Positions 49,024 through 60,418 of a stretch of DNA of 64,000 nt are shown here, in pieces. Source of the stretch: Thiotrichaceae bacterium UBA4486. Lineage in GTDB: Bacteria; Pseudomonadota; Gammaproteobacteria; Eutrophobiales; Eutrophobiaceae. The first letter of the stretch is position 1. The number at the start of each line of letters is the position of its first letter. A program made the position numbers and the translations under genes. The stretch spans positions 381,975 to 445,974 of the forward strand of contig DGNS01000009.1 in NCBI GenBank assembly GCA_002389045.1, given 5' to 3'. The notes beneath the pieces were generated by a model, which ran no database searches, was not told the DNA's origin, and was given only the letters and a program-made list of their open reading frames with translations.

Positions 49024-51180
49024 TCAGTCAGTATCAGCAGTCTCATCGCTGGTATGACTTTTATCATCACTGAAAACCATACATTCCGCTACCAGTTCAA
49101 TCAATTCCTTCACTACGAAGTCCTTTTCATGGCCGGTTGATTTGACAGCATCCTCCATCATGGTCATGCACTTCGGACAATTGACCACCATGACATCGAG
49201 ATCCTTTATCTTCCCGGCTTCCCTGACCCGATTCTCGGACGGCTTTTCCTGTCCGACCGGATCAGCATGCCAGATACGGCCACCACCGGCGCCACAACAG
49301 AAGGAGTTGTCCCGATTCCGTTCCATTTCCACAAGATTCGCACCCAGTTTCCTGATCGTGTCACGTGGTGGATCAAAACCCTTGTTATAACGGCCCAGGT
49401 GACAGGGATCATGGTAGGTAACCTTGTAATCCAGTTTCCCTGATAATCTAATCTCACCCGCGTCCAACATTTGTTTGATCATGGCGCTGGCATGCTGGAT
49501 TTCATATTTACCGCCAAAGCCGGGGTATTCATTCCTTATGGTGTTATAGGAGTGAGGGTCAGTAGTAACAATTTTCCTGAATTCACATTTTTCCAGCGTA
49601 GCTATATTGGACTCGGCCAGATGCTGATACAAACCCTCTTCACCAACCCGTCGGACGTCATTGCCCGCGGTCATTTCGGCTTCATACAATATTCCGAAGT
49701 CGACATTACATTCGTGAAGTATCCGGGCAAAATCCTGCGAAACTTTCTGATACCTCGGATCGAATGATGCGTAGTCCCCCACAAACCATAGTACATCCAC
49801 GGGCTCTTTCCCGGCATTCTTGATCTTGAAGTCCAGCTTTTTGGTCCAGTTCGGCCGTTTGCGTTTTGAATCTCCGAAGGAGTTGCCGGTTTTATGTATC
49901 GCCTGCAGTGTATTTTGCAGCATCGGGTCCATTTCACCTTCTTCTATCAGCGACCTTCGCATTTCAACAATCATAGGCACATGCTCTATGCCCACCGGAC
50001 AGATCTCGACACATGCTGCACAGGTACGGCATGCCCACAGCGTGTCGATTCTTACCTGGTTTACCTCATCGCCATATGCAACCAGTTCGTCTTCGCCCGC
50101 AAGTGATTTCGATTCCAGTTTGTCATTGGCAAGCTCGCGCAAGGTTAATATAAAATCACGTGGTGACAGTGGATAGTCGGTGGCGTTTGCGGGGCAGGCT
50201 TCATGGCAGCGACCGCATTTGGTGCAGGCATCCAGGTGCAATAAATACTTGTTGCTGAAATCCGTTATATGTTTATAGCCGATTTTCTCCTGCTCCATAT
50301 CCGCCATCGGCAGGCGCTGGACGGACATGGGATCACGTAATGCCAGCGATCCCATTGCTGTGAAAATATGCTTGACCTTGGTCCATGGAATGAAGGCAAT
50401 GAACGTCAATGAAAGAATGCCGTGAAACCACCATAAAATCATACGACTGTCAGCAGCCGCTTCGGGGTTCATTCCAAGTGCCTTGAAAAAATAAGCGATA
50501 CCTGTACCTACCGGTGACCACCAGCGATAATCCCACACCGTTGAATCATTCTGCAACCAGACCAGACGCACCGCTTCGAGTAAAAAACCGGTAACGGCGA
50601 TCAGAATAAGTGTCCATAGAAATATCCAGTCTTCACGCCGATATTTCATTCGGTCGTAGTCCGGTTCGCCCGGCTTGCGATCAGGCCTAGTATAGTCAAG
50701 TTTGGGCAGCGCAAGCCACTTACGCCGGTACATCATGTAAATCAACCCGGCGATCAATGCGATGCCCGCCAGATCCAGAATCAGGGAAAACCAGAGATAA
50801 AATGATCCATACCAGAACTTGTATCCAAACAGTGGATACAGGATGTCATATTCAAGGGTTATTATTGAGGTACCTGCAAAGAGCAGGGCAAAACCATAAA
50901 ATATATGCGTATGGGCTATGCCTGCACTTGTATCGCGTCTTCTCAATGTCCGGTGGCTGAGCACCGCGGATATCATGCTTTTGATGCCCGCTGTAATATC
51001 AGCGACTGTTTTTCGGAATGAAACACCATGACGATATTTACGGATTTGCACATAACATCCGTAAAGAAAAACAAAAATCGCGGTAAAGCCGATAATATAA
51101 AACGAAACAGACATCCACGTGGGAAATTCCTGAAACAGGATTCGCGTGATGTCCTGGGAGTCATGAGCCTGGTTTATCAT
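49024..51180 (-). CDS. membrane-bound Fe-S oxidoreductase: NarI/DsrM-like heme-b TM domain fused to 2x[4Fe-4S] ferredoxin + two CCG domains (HdrD/GlpC-like); candidate ETF:quinone oxidoreductase
   Basis: six N-terminal TM helices with conserved His (HTHIFYG, WFHGILS); CTKCGRCHEACP and CRTCAACVEICP ferredoxin motifs; two Cys-rich CCG blocks (FCCGAGGG). Confidence 0.75.
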   Translation of the reverse strand: MINQAHDSQDITRILFQEFPTWMSVSFYIIGFTAIFVFLYGCYVQIRKYRHGVSFRKTVADITAGIKSMISAVLSHRTLRRRDTSAGIAHTHIFYGFALLFAGTSIITLEYDILYPLFGYKFWYGSFYLWFSLILDLAGIALIAGLIYMMYRRKWLALPKLDYTRPDRKPGEPDYDRMKYRREDWIFLWTLILIAVTGFLLEAVRLVWLQNDSTVWDYRWWSPVGTGIAYFFKALGMNPEAAADSRMILWWFHGILSLTFIAFIPWTKVKHIFTAMGSLALRDPMSVQRLPMADMEQEKIGYKHITDFSNKYLLHLDACTKCGRCHEACPANATDYPLSPRDFILTLRELANDKLESKSLAGEDELVAYGDEVNQVRIDTLWACRTCAACVEICPVGIEHVPMIVEMRRSLIEEGEMDPMLQNTLQAIHKTGNSFGDSKRKRPNWTKKLDFKIKNAGKEPVDVLWFVGDYASFDPRYQKVSQDFARILHECNVDFGILYEAEMTAGNDVRRVGEEGLYQHLAESNIATLEKCEFRKIVTTDPHSYNTIRNEYPGFGGKYEIQHASAMIKQMLDAGEIRLSGKLDYKVTYHDPCHLGRYNKGFDPPRDTIRKLGANLVEMERNRDNSFCCGAGGGRIWHADPVGQEKPSENRVREAGKIKDLDVMVVNCPKCMTMMEDAVKSTGHEKDFVVKELIELVAECMVFSDDKSHTSDETADTD

Positions 51181-51398
51181 GTCCGCTATATATGATCGGT
51201 TATCTGATGCGTCTGTTTCTGTATGCGGTTAAAAGACAGGCAAATTATCTATCAGCCCGCAGGCAGATGAAATATCATCTTGTAAATACTCATAAAGAGT
51301 TATACGGAAATCACCAGATACGAATTTCATGATTGTTCTCCGTTCAGTAATTGGCACCCGGGATATTCAGCCGGTTACCGCGTGTTGCGCACTGCCTG

Positions 51399-51424
51399 AA
51401 AAAAAAGGGCGGCCGGAGCCGCCC
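51399..51424 (-). terminator. rho-independent terminator after the TMADH-family gene (read on - strand)
   Basis: aaaaaaaaGGGCGGCcggaGCCGCCC on + strand = hairpin followed by U8 on the - strand transcript. Confidence 0.8.
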
Positions 51425-51437
51425 TCGGCAATGAATA

Positions 51438-53657
<2,220 letters not shown>

Positions 53658-53873
53658 TTACGTTTTCAGCTCTTCGAATACCGTAAATCAAACAGCATCT
53701 CGAATTCAAAAGCAGGAAATAAGTATTAATACGGCCGACACAAGGTCGCGTATATGCACCAAGTATCGCATCAGCACCGGATGGAGAGTATAGGGGGTTA
53801 CACTTACTTATTACTGAATACCACTACCTGTATATCACTTTCTATATACCTCTATTTATACGCTAACCTGTTG

Positions 53874-54494
53874 TTAATCAATGGCATTTTTCATTTCAAG
53901 TCTTATCCTGACCAGTTGTGCCAGTGATCGCACTTCGAGCTTTCTCATAACCTGGGAACGATGCACCTCGACAGTTCTTTCTGAAATTCCGAGCTCAAGA
54001 GCTATCACCTTGTTCGCATGGCCATCCGCGACACGTTCAAAAATATCACGCTCCCGGGTTGTCAATGTCAACAGTTTCCTCTTGCTTTCCTCACGTTCAC
54101 GGAGTTCGTCGCGTATTCCTTTTTCGTAGTCAAGCGCTTCCTGTATCCGTTCCAGTAAATCCTGTTCACGAATCGGTTTACGCAGAAAATCCATCGCGCC
54201 CTGGCGCATGGCTTCCACGGCCATAGGCACATCACCATGGCCGGTAATAAATATAATTGGTAAAAATGCATTCATATCTTTCAGACGCTGCTGGAGTTCA
54301 AGGCCATTTATGCCGGACATACGGATATCCAGGACCAGGCAGCCTCTCTGGTTGCCGTCATAGTTATCCAGAAAATCATCCGCTGATATATAACACTGGT
54401 GTGGCAGGCCCATGGTTTCCAGTAACATACTCATTGAATCCCTGACCGCATCGTCATCATCAATGATGAATACTTTCTGCTCACTGTTGCTCAT
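53874..54494 (-). CDS. fixJ: FixJ-family response regulator (REC + LuxR-type HTH)
   Basis: ITGHGDVPMAVEAMRQGAMDF and C-terminal LTTRERDIF...NKVIALELGISERTVEVHR closely match FixJ. Confidence 0.8.
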   Translation of the reverse strand: MSNSEQKVFIIDDDDAVRDSMSMLLETMGLPHQCYISADDFLDNYDGNQRGCLVLDIRMSGINGLELQQRLKDMNAFLPIIFITGHGDVPMAVEAMRQGAMDFLRKPIREQDLLERIQEALDYEKGIRDELREREESKRKLLTLTTRERDIFERVADGHANKVIALELGISERTVEVHRSQVMRKLEVRSLAQLVRIRLEMKNAID

Positions 54495-56323
54495 GATCCG
54501 TTACTGATTTGCTGCCTGAAAGGAAGGGTAAAATAAAAGGTTACACCACAATTATTCGAATTATTGATATATTCCAGTTGTCCGCCGTGCGCCCTTATTA
54601 TGGAGCGGCTAATCGACAAACCCATGCCCATGCCGGTGTCCTTCGTCGTCGAAAAAGGTTTGTATATCTGCTCCATGGTCTTGTCATTAATACCGTTGCC
54701 GCTGTCAATTACCGAAATCTTGACACCGGTCGCTGTACGACTTGTACGTAATATAATGCGGTTGCCGTTCCTGAATCCGGCTTTTTTCATTGACTCCATA
54801 CCGTTTCTCAGAAGATTCAGTATGACCTGCTGAATCTGTACAGGATCACACTCAATTGTCGGCAACAGGCGGGACAGTTTCAGGGTGATAACAATATCAC
54901 GGATATGCGCTTCCACTTCCGCCAGTTTATGTACATCCTTTATCAATGCATTGCAGTCTACCTTCTCGCTATGGCAGGACTGCTGTCTCGACATTTGTTG
55001 CACCCGTTCGATGACCGAACCGGCACGGCGTGCCTGAACAATAAGTTTTTCCAGGGCATCCCTGAGTTTTTGCGGACCTGATATCCTGTCATTGTCAAGT
55101 AGATGCAGGCTGGACTGGGCATACATCGAAATTGCCGTCAGTGGCTGGTTTATTTCATGGGCAATGACTGATGCCATCTCACCCAGTGTATTCAAACGAT
55201 CTACATGGGCCAGTTGCTCACGTTGTTCCCTGACCTCCTTTTCAGCGGCTCGCTGGGCGGAAAGGTCGCGAACCAGAAAAACATATTTTTTACATTCACT
55301 TTCATACTGGACCTTGCTTATCGACAAATGAATCGGGAATTCGGAATTATCGCGACGTTTACCCGTAAATTCATGACCCATACCGACCATTTGTGATTCA
55401 TTGGTGCTCAGGTAATGCGTAACGAATTCCTCGTAATCCTCATGATAGGTTTCGGGTAACAGCACCAGTATGTTTCGGCCTGTCAGCATATCCCCGCTGT
55501 AATCGAACATCTTTTGTGCCGCCCTGTTGGATGTCTCGATGTAACCCCTGTCATCGGTAGTGATCACGGCCTCGACTGCAGCATCCACGACAGCCTTGGC
55601 ATAGGATTCCGCCTGCATCAATGCCTGTTCAGCCAGCTTGCGATCGTTAATATCAGTGATCAATCCCTCAAGGATGGTCTCACCATTCATAACTCCGACT
55701 GCGCAGCCACGCTCCCAGACCCATTTGATGTCACCATCCCGCGTAATAATCCGGTATTCAACCTCGAATGGCTCATCATTCGCCACTGCCTCCAGAATAC
55801 TTCGCTCAACCGGCTCTATTTCATCCGGATGTGTAAAACTGCCCCACAATACCCGCTGTTCTTCCAGCTCGCTGCGGTCATATCCGCATAATGCCTTGCA
55901 TCCTTCACTGACGAAATCCATTGGCCAGTTCTTCCGGTTGAAACAACGATAAGCCATACCGGGCAGATTTTTCAGCAGTGTTTCCAGGCGATCCGCATTG
56001 ATATGAATCTGCCGTACCCTGTATTTTTCTTTCAGAAAAAAATACATAAGTACTGCAACAAGAGGGATCAGAAACAGTCTGAGAACCTGCATAACCATTT
56101 CCACGAACGTATCAGCGTCCTGATTCAACTGGAATTCGTATGGCAGGATTATGAGTGCGACGATACAGCCGGTTAATACTGAAATAAGGGCAAGCAGGAA
56201 AACTGAAGGATTTTTTCTTGCGGGAAATATGTACGGCTTGCGGATTTCGTGATGCATGGTCGCGCCCGGCAGACTAGGCCTGGATACTGTGATTTTTTCC
56301 GGAGGGCATACAGTTATATACAA
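54491..56323 (-). CDS. fixL: FixL-like heme-PAS oxygen-sensor histidine kinase (TM + PAS + heme-PAS + HisKA + HATPase)
   Basis: second PAS aligns to FixL heme pocket (PETYHEDY ~ PDRSRHDSY proximal His; FTGKRRDNSEFPIHLSISKVQ ~ VTGKRRDGTTFPMHLSIGEMQ); H-box HVDRLNTLGEMASVIAHEINQPLTAI; overlaps fixJ by 4 nt. Confidence 0.75.
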   Translation of the reverse strand: MYITVCPPEKITVSRPSLPGATMHHEIRKPYIFPARKNPSVFLLALISVLTGCIVALIILPYEFQLNQDADTFVEMVMQVLRLFLIPLVAVLMYFFLKEKYRVRQIHINADRLETLLKNLPGMAYRCFNRKNWPMDFVSEGCKALCGYDRSELEEQRVLWGSFTHPDEIEPVERSILEAVANDEPFEVEYRIITRDGDIKWVWERGCAVGVMNGETILEGLITDINDRKLAEQALMQAESYAKAVVDAAVEAVITTDDRGYIETSNRAAQKMFDYSGDMLTGRNILVLLPETYHEDYEEFVTHYLSTNESQMVGMGHEFTGKRRDNSEFPIHLSISKVQYESECKKYVFLVRDLSAQRAAEKEVREQREQLAHVDRLNTLGEMASVIAHEINQPLTAISMYAQSSLHLLDNDRISGPQKLRDALEKLIVQARRAGSVIERVQQMSRQQSCHSEKVDCNALIKDVHKLAEVEAHIRDIVITLKLSRLLPTIECDPVQIQQVILNLLRNGMESMKKAGFRNGNRIILRTSRTATGVKISVIDSGNGINDKTMEQIYKPFSTTKDTGMGMGLSISRSIIRAHGGQLEYINNSNNCGVTFYFTLPFRQQISNGS

Positions 56324-56509
56324 CGCCTATCATGGTTAATCTTGATGATACATGCATTTCACGCAATTACTGGATTTGTGCATTTAGCATCGATAACAAA
56401 ATTACCATACATGGATAAAAGATAAACGATTACAAGTTTGATGCAAATGCAGTCGCCACTTCCCGACACAGGATCCCGGTACCCGGAAATCCGTAGAGTA
56501 TATACCGGG

Positions 56510-56541
56510 CAAAAAAAAACGGCCCTTCAGGGCCGTTTTTT
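56510..56541. terminator. bidirectional rho-independent terminator downstream of the porin gene
   Basis: aaaaaaaaaCGGCCCttcaGGGCCGtttttt. Confidence 0.8.
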
Positions 56542-56565
56542 CAAACTGTAAAACCATTCATCAAA

Positions 56566-57393
56566 CTAGAAACTGCGCGAGATGGTAAATACAAGCCTGT
56601 CATCACTGTTTTCGGGTGTAACCAGGAAGTCCGTAACCAGATCATCGGAGAATTTGTCATCACTGGTGTCATGATAACGAAGGTCCAGACCGAAACCGAG
56701 GAAATCCCTTGACAGGCCGACTTCCCAGTGATCGTAGGTCCAGCCTCCGGTACCGAAAACTGATGGATCACCATAATCTCCACCGTCAACAGTTTGCACA
56801 CCGTAGCCGGCATTCAGGCTGAATCCGGCAGGCAGGCTGAGGGTAATATCACCCTTGATGTAATGCCCGTCCCCGCTTTCAAAGAAGTAATCCGGAGTGT
56901 ATGCATAGAGAACATGGAAAGACGGGCTTAACGGCGCATCTGCAAATGAGCGGGTAACGTCAACCCAGACTTCAAACACGTCCTCGTCAAGATCCGCTGT
57001 CGGGGTTCCGGTTGCCAGAGCGAAATCATCATCGTCAAAACCCCAGAAATGATAGTAAATCGGCATTACCCACCAGTCGAAACCGGCAAATGAATTGGCA
57101 TAACCGGCGTAAAAATCGCTTTCCAGTTCATAGCCACTGCCATCGGTATCAGCGAGGCTGGATGACCACCAGCCGGCGAACCAGTTGCCATAACCCCAGT
57201 CGAAACTGCCCTGCAGCGCAGGCAGGGAATCACTGAAGGAAATGCCCCTGAACACGTAATCAGATGTAAATGTCAGTGTAGCTGAAAAATTCTCCGTGGC
57301 GAATGGACCACCATCCTCCTCAGCCACTGCATTCCCCATATAGCCAACCGCCAGTAAGCCGGTCAGACACATCGCTTTAAAATTCTTCATCAT
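56566..57393 (-). CDS. TorF-family outer-membrane beta-barrel porin (TIGR02001/Gcw_chp)
   Basis: signal peptide MMKNFKAMCLTGLLAVGYMGNAVA; alternating aromatic/Gly-rich beta-strand pattern and C-terminal ...FTISRSF; matches the TorF/'conserved hypothetical porin' family. Confidence 0.65.
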   Translation of the reverse strand: MMKNFKAMCLTGLLAVGYMGNAVAEEDGGPFATENFSATLTFTSDYVFRGISFSDSLPALQGSFDWGYGNWFAGWWSSSLADTDGSGYELESDFYAGYANSFAGFDWWVMPIYYHFWGFDDDDFALATGTPTADLDEDVFEVWVDVTRSFADAPLSPSFHVLYAYTPDYFFESGDGHYIKGDITLSLPAGFSLNAGYGVQTVDGGDYGDPSVFGTGGWTYDHWEVGLSRDFLGFGLDLRYHDTSDDKFSDDLVTDFLVTPENSDDRLVFTISRSF

Positions 57394-57456
57394 TAATCTC
57401 CCATGCTTCGTCTATTCGAATGAAACGCCCTTAAAATTACACGCAGAATCAATATG

Positions 57457-57494
57457 ATACATCATTCATCTGAAGTAACACAATAATGATGTAT
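57457..57494. promoter_or_regulatory. 10-bp perfect inverted repeat (ATACATCATT-N18-AATGATGTAT) in the divergent promoter region between the porin gene and the histidine kinase gene
   Basis: seen directly in sequence; centred ~80 nt upstream of the porin start codon. Confidence 0.4.
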
Positions 57495-57926
57495 ATTATT
57501 GAGTTCATTGAGAAAATCCAGGCCAACCCTGTACTTGTCGGTATCCCGGATATTAGTGAAGTGCTCTTCAGTCACCGACACAATTACTTCGACCGGCTAT
57601 TCCCCTTTACTTCTCCAGTTGTACTGAAGATATACCGATTGTAGTCTATGGAATACTCAGCTGAATTTTCTTTAGAGTCAATAACCTGTGTGTGGTATCA
57701 CTTTAGTAATAGATACCAGTAACGTTAATAATCTTAATAAAGCAGCACTACGGATGTAATGTCAAGAGACGATCCTTGAAGGAACCAGGACCTCCCGGTA
57801 TCGATATATGGCAGGATGCTTCCAGCGTGCATTATAATTACAGGGCCCGAAGTTGTTTTTTAGTGATTTTTTCTACAGAATCAATAATCTGCAGCGATAG
57901 CTGCACCATATGGTTCACTGATACCT

Positions 57927-59759
57927 ATGAAATTAAACCGGCTATTGCTTGTTATTCCCATACTTGTCACCGCAATCGGGGCCGCTGGTTGGTGGTTAGT
58001 CCATTCAGAGGCTGTATACCAGTCCAGGCTGCAGAATATTTATTCAGTCGGTGCGGATATCGACGCCGTCATTCTGATAGTCAAACTGCGCCATCTACAA
58101 GATCCGTTAACTGATTCCATGCTGGTCGATACTCTTGGCTCACTCGAGGAGAACATCAATGCTTTAATGACAAGTGGTGGTACGGGCAAATACACGGTAT
58201 CCGATCAAACACTCACCCGGTTCGAGGAATTTGAATCCGTCTGGCACTCTGCCATTTATCCACGTCTGCAATGGCTGGCAAGAGACAGCATTCGTCGGTT
58301 CAGCCCGGCAGAACAAACCCATCTACTCAATATTTTAAGGGAAAATCGATCGGATATTGAACAAATCGGCACCATGATATCTGCACACAGGTCGTTCACT
58401 TCAATACTGATTATCGGCATCGGCCTGCTTTCAATCATTCTTTCCTTTGCCCTGGTACTGCTCCTGTACAGGTCCCCGAAAATAATAAAACGGGTTAAAA
58501 CAGTACAGGATGGCAGCCATGAAAAACCACGTACAGCAAAGCCTGCGCATAATGGCGCAGGGTCAGCTGATATCAGCACTAACACAATAATCGATTACCA
58601 GTCCGACAATACCGCCAGGGAACAACTGGCGCTTGAAGCACTGACCCAACTCGTCAAACAACCCGAGTCCACGAAACCTTTTGTTTTACTGTTAAATGAT
58701 ATTGAAAAACTGAGTGGCGCGCTGTCAAGTGCTATCTTCGTGGCTACGGATCCGTCATCAGAGTTATCTCTATGGACATCTACTGATCCGGATGACACCG
58801 GTTGGCAAACAATCGTAGTTGACAATAAATTACCGAATACCGGAATGATCGAAAGTGATACTAATATGATGGAATCGATTGAAATGCCCGGAGAAGTGCC
58901 GGTAAAGTATTACTTTACACGTCTTTGTCACGCTTCTGATGATTTTTCAATCCTGGTACTGAAATGCCCGGCAAACCATAGTTTACCGGATTCCCTGAAT
59001 AATATATTCAGCGACCATATAGAGCGACTTACGAATATTGTATCCAGTGTAAGATTTGCCCGGCTGAAACTTCGTCATGCCCAGTACGAGGAACGTGCGG
59101 TTATCGCAAGGGAATTGCATGATTCGCTGGCACAGTCCCTGTCCTATCTGAAAATACAGACCAGCCGCCTGCAAAAGATACTTACAGCCAGCGAAATGCA
59201 GGAACACAGTAATTCAATCGAAATTGATGCAATCATGCAGGATATCCGTATCAACCTTAATATCGCCTATCGTCATTTACGAGAACTGATCAGTACCTTC
59301 AGACTGACCATGGGAGGCAAGGATTTTTCCCAGGCACTCATGGATTCAGTCGGTGAATTTGCCAAACGCAGCAGTATCGCTTTTGATATCGATAACCGTT
59401 TGCCATCCGGAGTACTGACGGTCGGCGAGGAAACCCAGTTATTGCATATTATCAGGGAATCACTTTCCAATATTGTCAGACATTCCCGCGCCAGGCTTGC
59501 CTTGATTTCCATTCACTACAATCATGGCCAGGTAAAAGCCTCGATAGAGGACGACGGTGTAGGATTAATCAACATATCTGACCAGGAACAGCACTTTGGT
59601 ATTATATTGATGCAGGAGAGAGCACACTCCATTGGTGGCAGTATAAATTTATCTGAAAGATCCGGTGGCGGAACATGTTTGATTGTCAGATTTCAGACTG
59701 AAAAACACGCCGATATTGATACATCGGAAGTTGTACAGAAACAGGGCAATATTGCATGA
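57927..59759 (+). CDS. sensor histidine kinase, NarX/UhpB (HisKA_3) type, with periplasmic helical sensor and cytoplasmic GAF-like module
   Basis: two TM helices flanking a ~140-aa periplasmic domain; ARELHDSLAQSLSYLKIQ HisKA_3 H-box; HATPase_c with N, G1, G2 boxes. Confidence 0.8.
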   Translation: MKLNRLLLVIPILVTAIGAAGWWLVHSEAVYQSRLQNIYSVGADIDAVILIVKLRHLQDPLTDSMLVDTLGSLEENINALMTSGGTGKYTVSDQTLTRFEEFESVWHSAIYPRLQWLARDSIRRFSPAEQTHLLNILRENRSDIEQIGTMISAHRSFTSILIIGIGLLSIILSFALVLLLYRSPKIIKRVKTVQDGSHEKPRTAKPAHNGAGSADISTNTIIDYQSDNTAREQLALEALTQLVKQPESTKPFVLLLNDIEKLSGALSSAIFVATDPSSELSLWTSTDPDDTGWQTIVVDNKLPNTGMIESDTNMMESIEMPGEVPVKYYFTRLCHASDDFSILVLKCPANHSLPDSLNNIFSDHIERLTNIVSSVRFARLKLRHAQYEERAVIARELHDSLAQSLSYLKIQTSRLQKILTASEMQEHSNSIEIDAIMQDIRINLNIAYRHLRELISTFRLTMGGKDFSQALMDSVGEFAKRSSIAFDIDNRLPSGVLTVGEETQLLHIIRESLSNIVRHSRARLALISIHYNHGQVKASIEDDGVGLINISDQEQHFGIILMQERAHSIGGSINLSERSGGGTCLIVRFQTEKHADIDTSEVVQKQGNIA

Positions 59760-60418
59760 ATGATAAAAAGATCAATACTGTACTGATCATTGATGACCAT
59801 CCATTGTTTCGAAAAGGTGTCATTGAACTTCTGAACAGTCAGCCTGATTTCGAGGTAATTGGCGAGGCCGCGTCAGGTGAAGAAGGTGTCGGCATGGCAG
59901 TTGAATTAAACCCGGATATTGTTCTGACCGACCTTAATATGAAGGGTATGGGCGGTATTAATGTTGTGAAAGCTATTAGAAATACCGAACTTCAGTCATT
60001 CAATATAATACTTACCGTGTCGGATACAGAGGAAAACCTGTTAACTGCCCTTCGTTCAGGTGCGGATGGTTATCTGCTCAAGGATACAGAACCGGAGATG
60101 ATAATCGATAAACTGAGAAGTTCCCTGAAAGGCGAAATTGTTGTGGATGAAAGCCTGACCAGGCTCGTCACAAACACCCTGCGTGATACGAAGCGCTGGG
60201 TACCAAACGACCAGAATATTCTGTCGGAACGTGAAACTGAAATTATCAAACTTATTCTCCGGGGTATGAGTAACAAGTTGATTGCCAGGGAGCTTGGAAT
60301 CACTGAAGGGACAGTAAAGGTTCATGTAAAGAACCTGTTGAGAAAACTGAATCTGAAATCACGACTGGAAGCAGCATTATGGGCAATTGAACATGGATTT
60401 ACAGACCAGAACACATGA
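59756..60418 (+). CDS. NarL/FixJ-family response regulator
   Basis: REC domain (LIIDDHPLFRKG, LTDLNMKG) plus LuxR HTH (LSERETEIIKLILRGMSNKLIARELGITEGTVKVHVKNLL); start overlaps the kinase stop. Confidence 0.85.
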   Translation: MNDKKINTVLIIDDHPLFRKGVIELLNSQPDFEVIGEAASGEEGVGMAVELNPDIVLTDLNMKGMGGINVVKAIRNTELQSFNIILTVSDTEENLLTALRSGADGYLLKDTEPEMIIDKLRSSLKGEIVVDESLTRLVTNTLRDTKRWVPNDQNILSERETEIIKLILRGMSNKLIARELGITEGTVKVHVKNLLRKLNLKSRLEAALWAIEHGFTDQNT

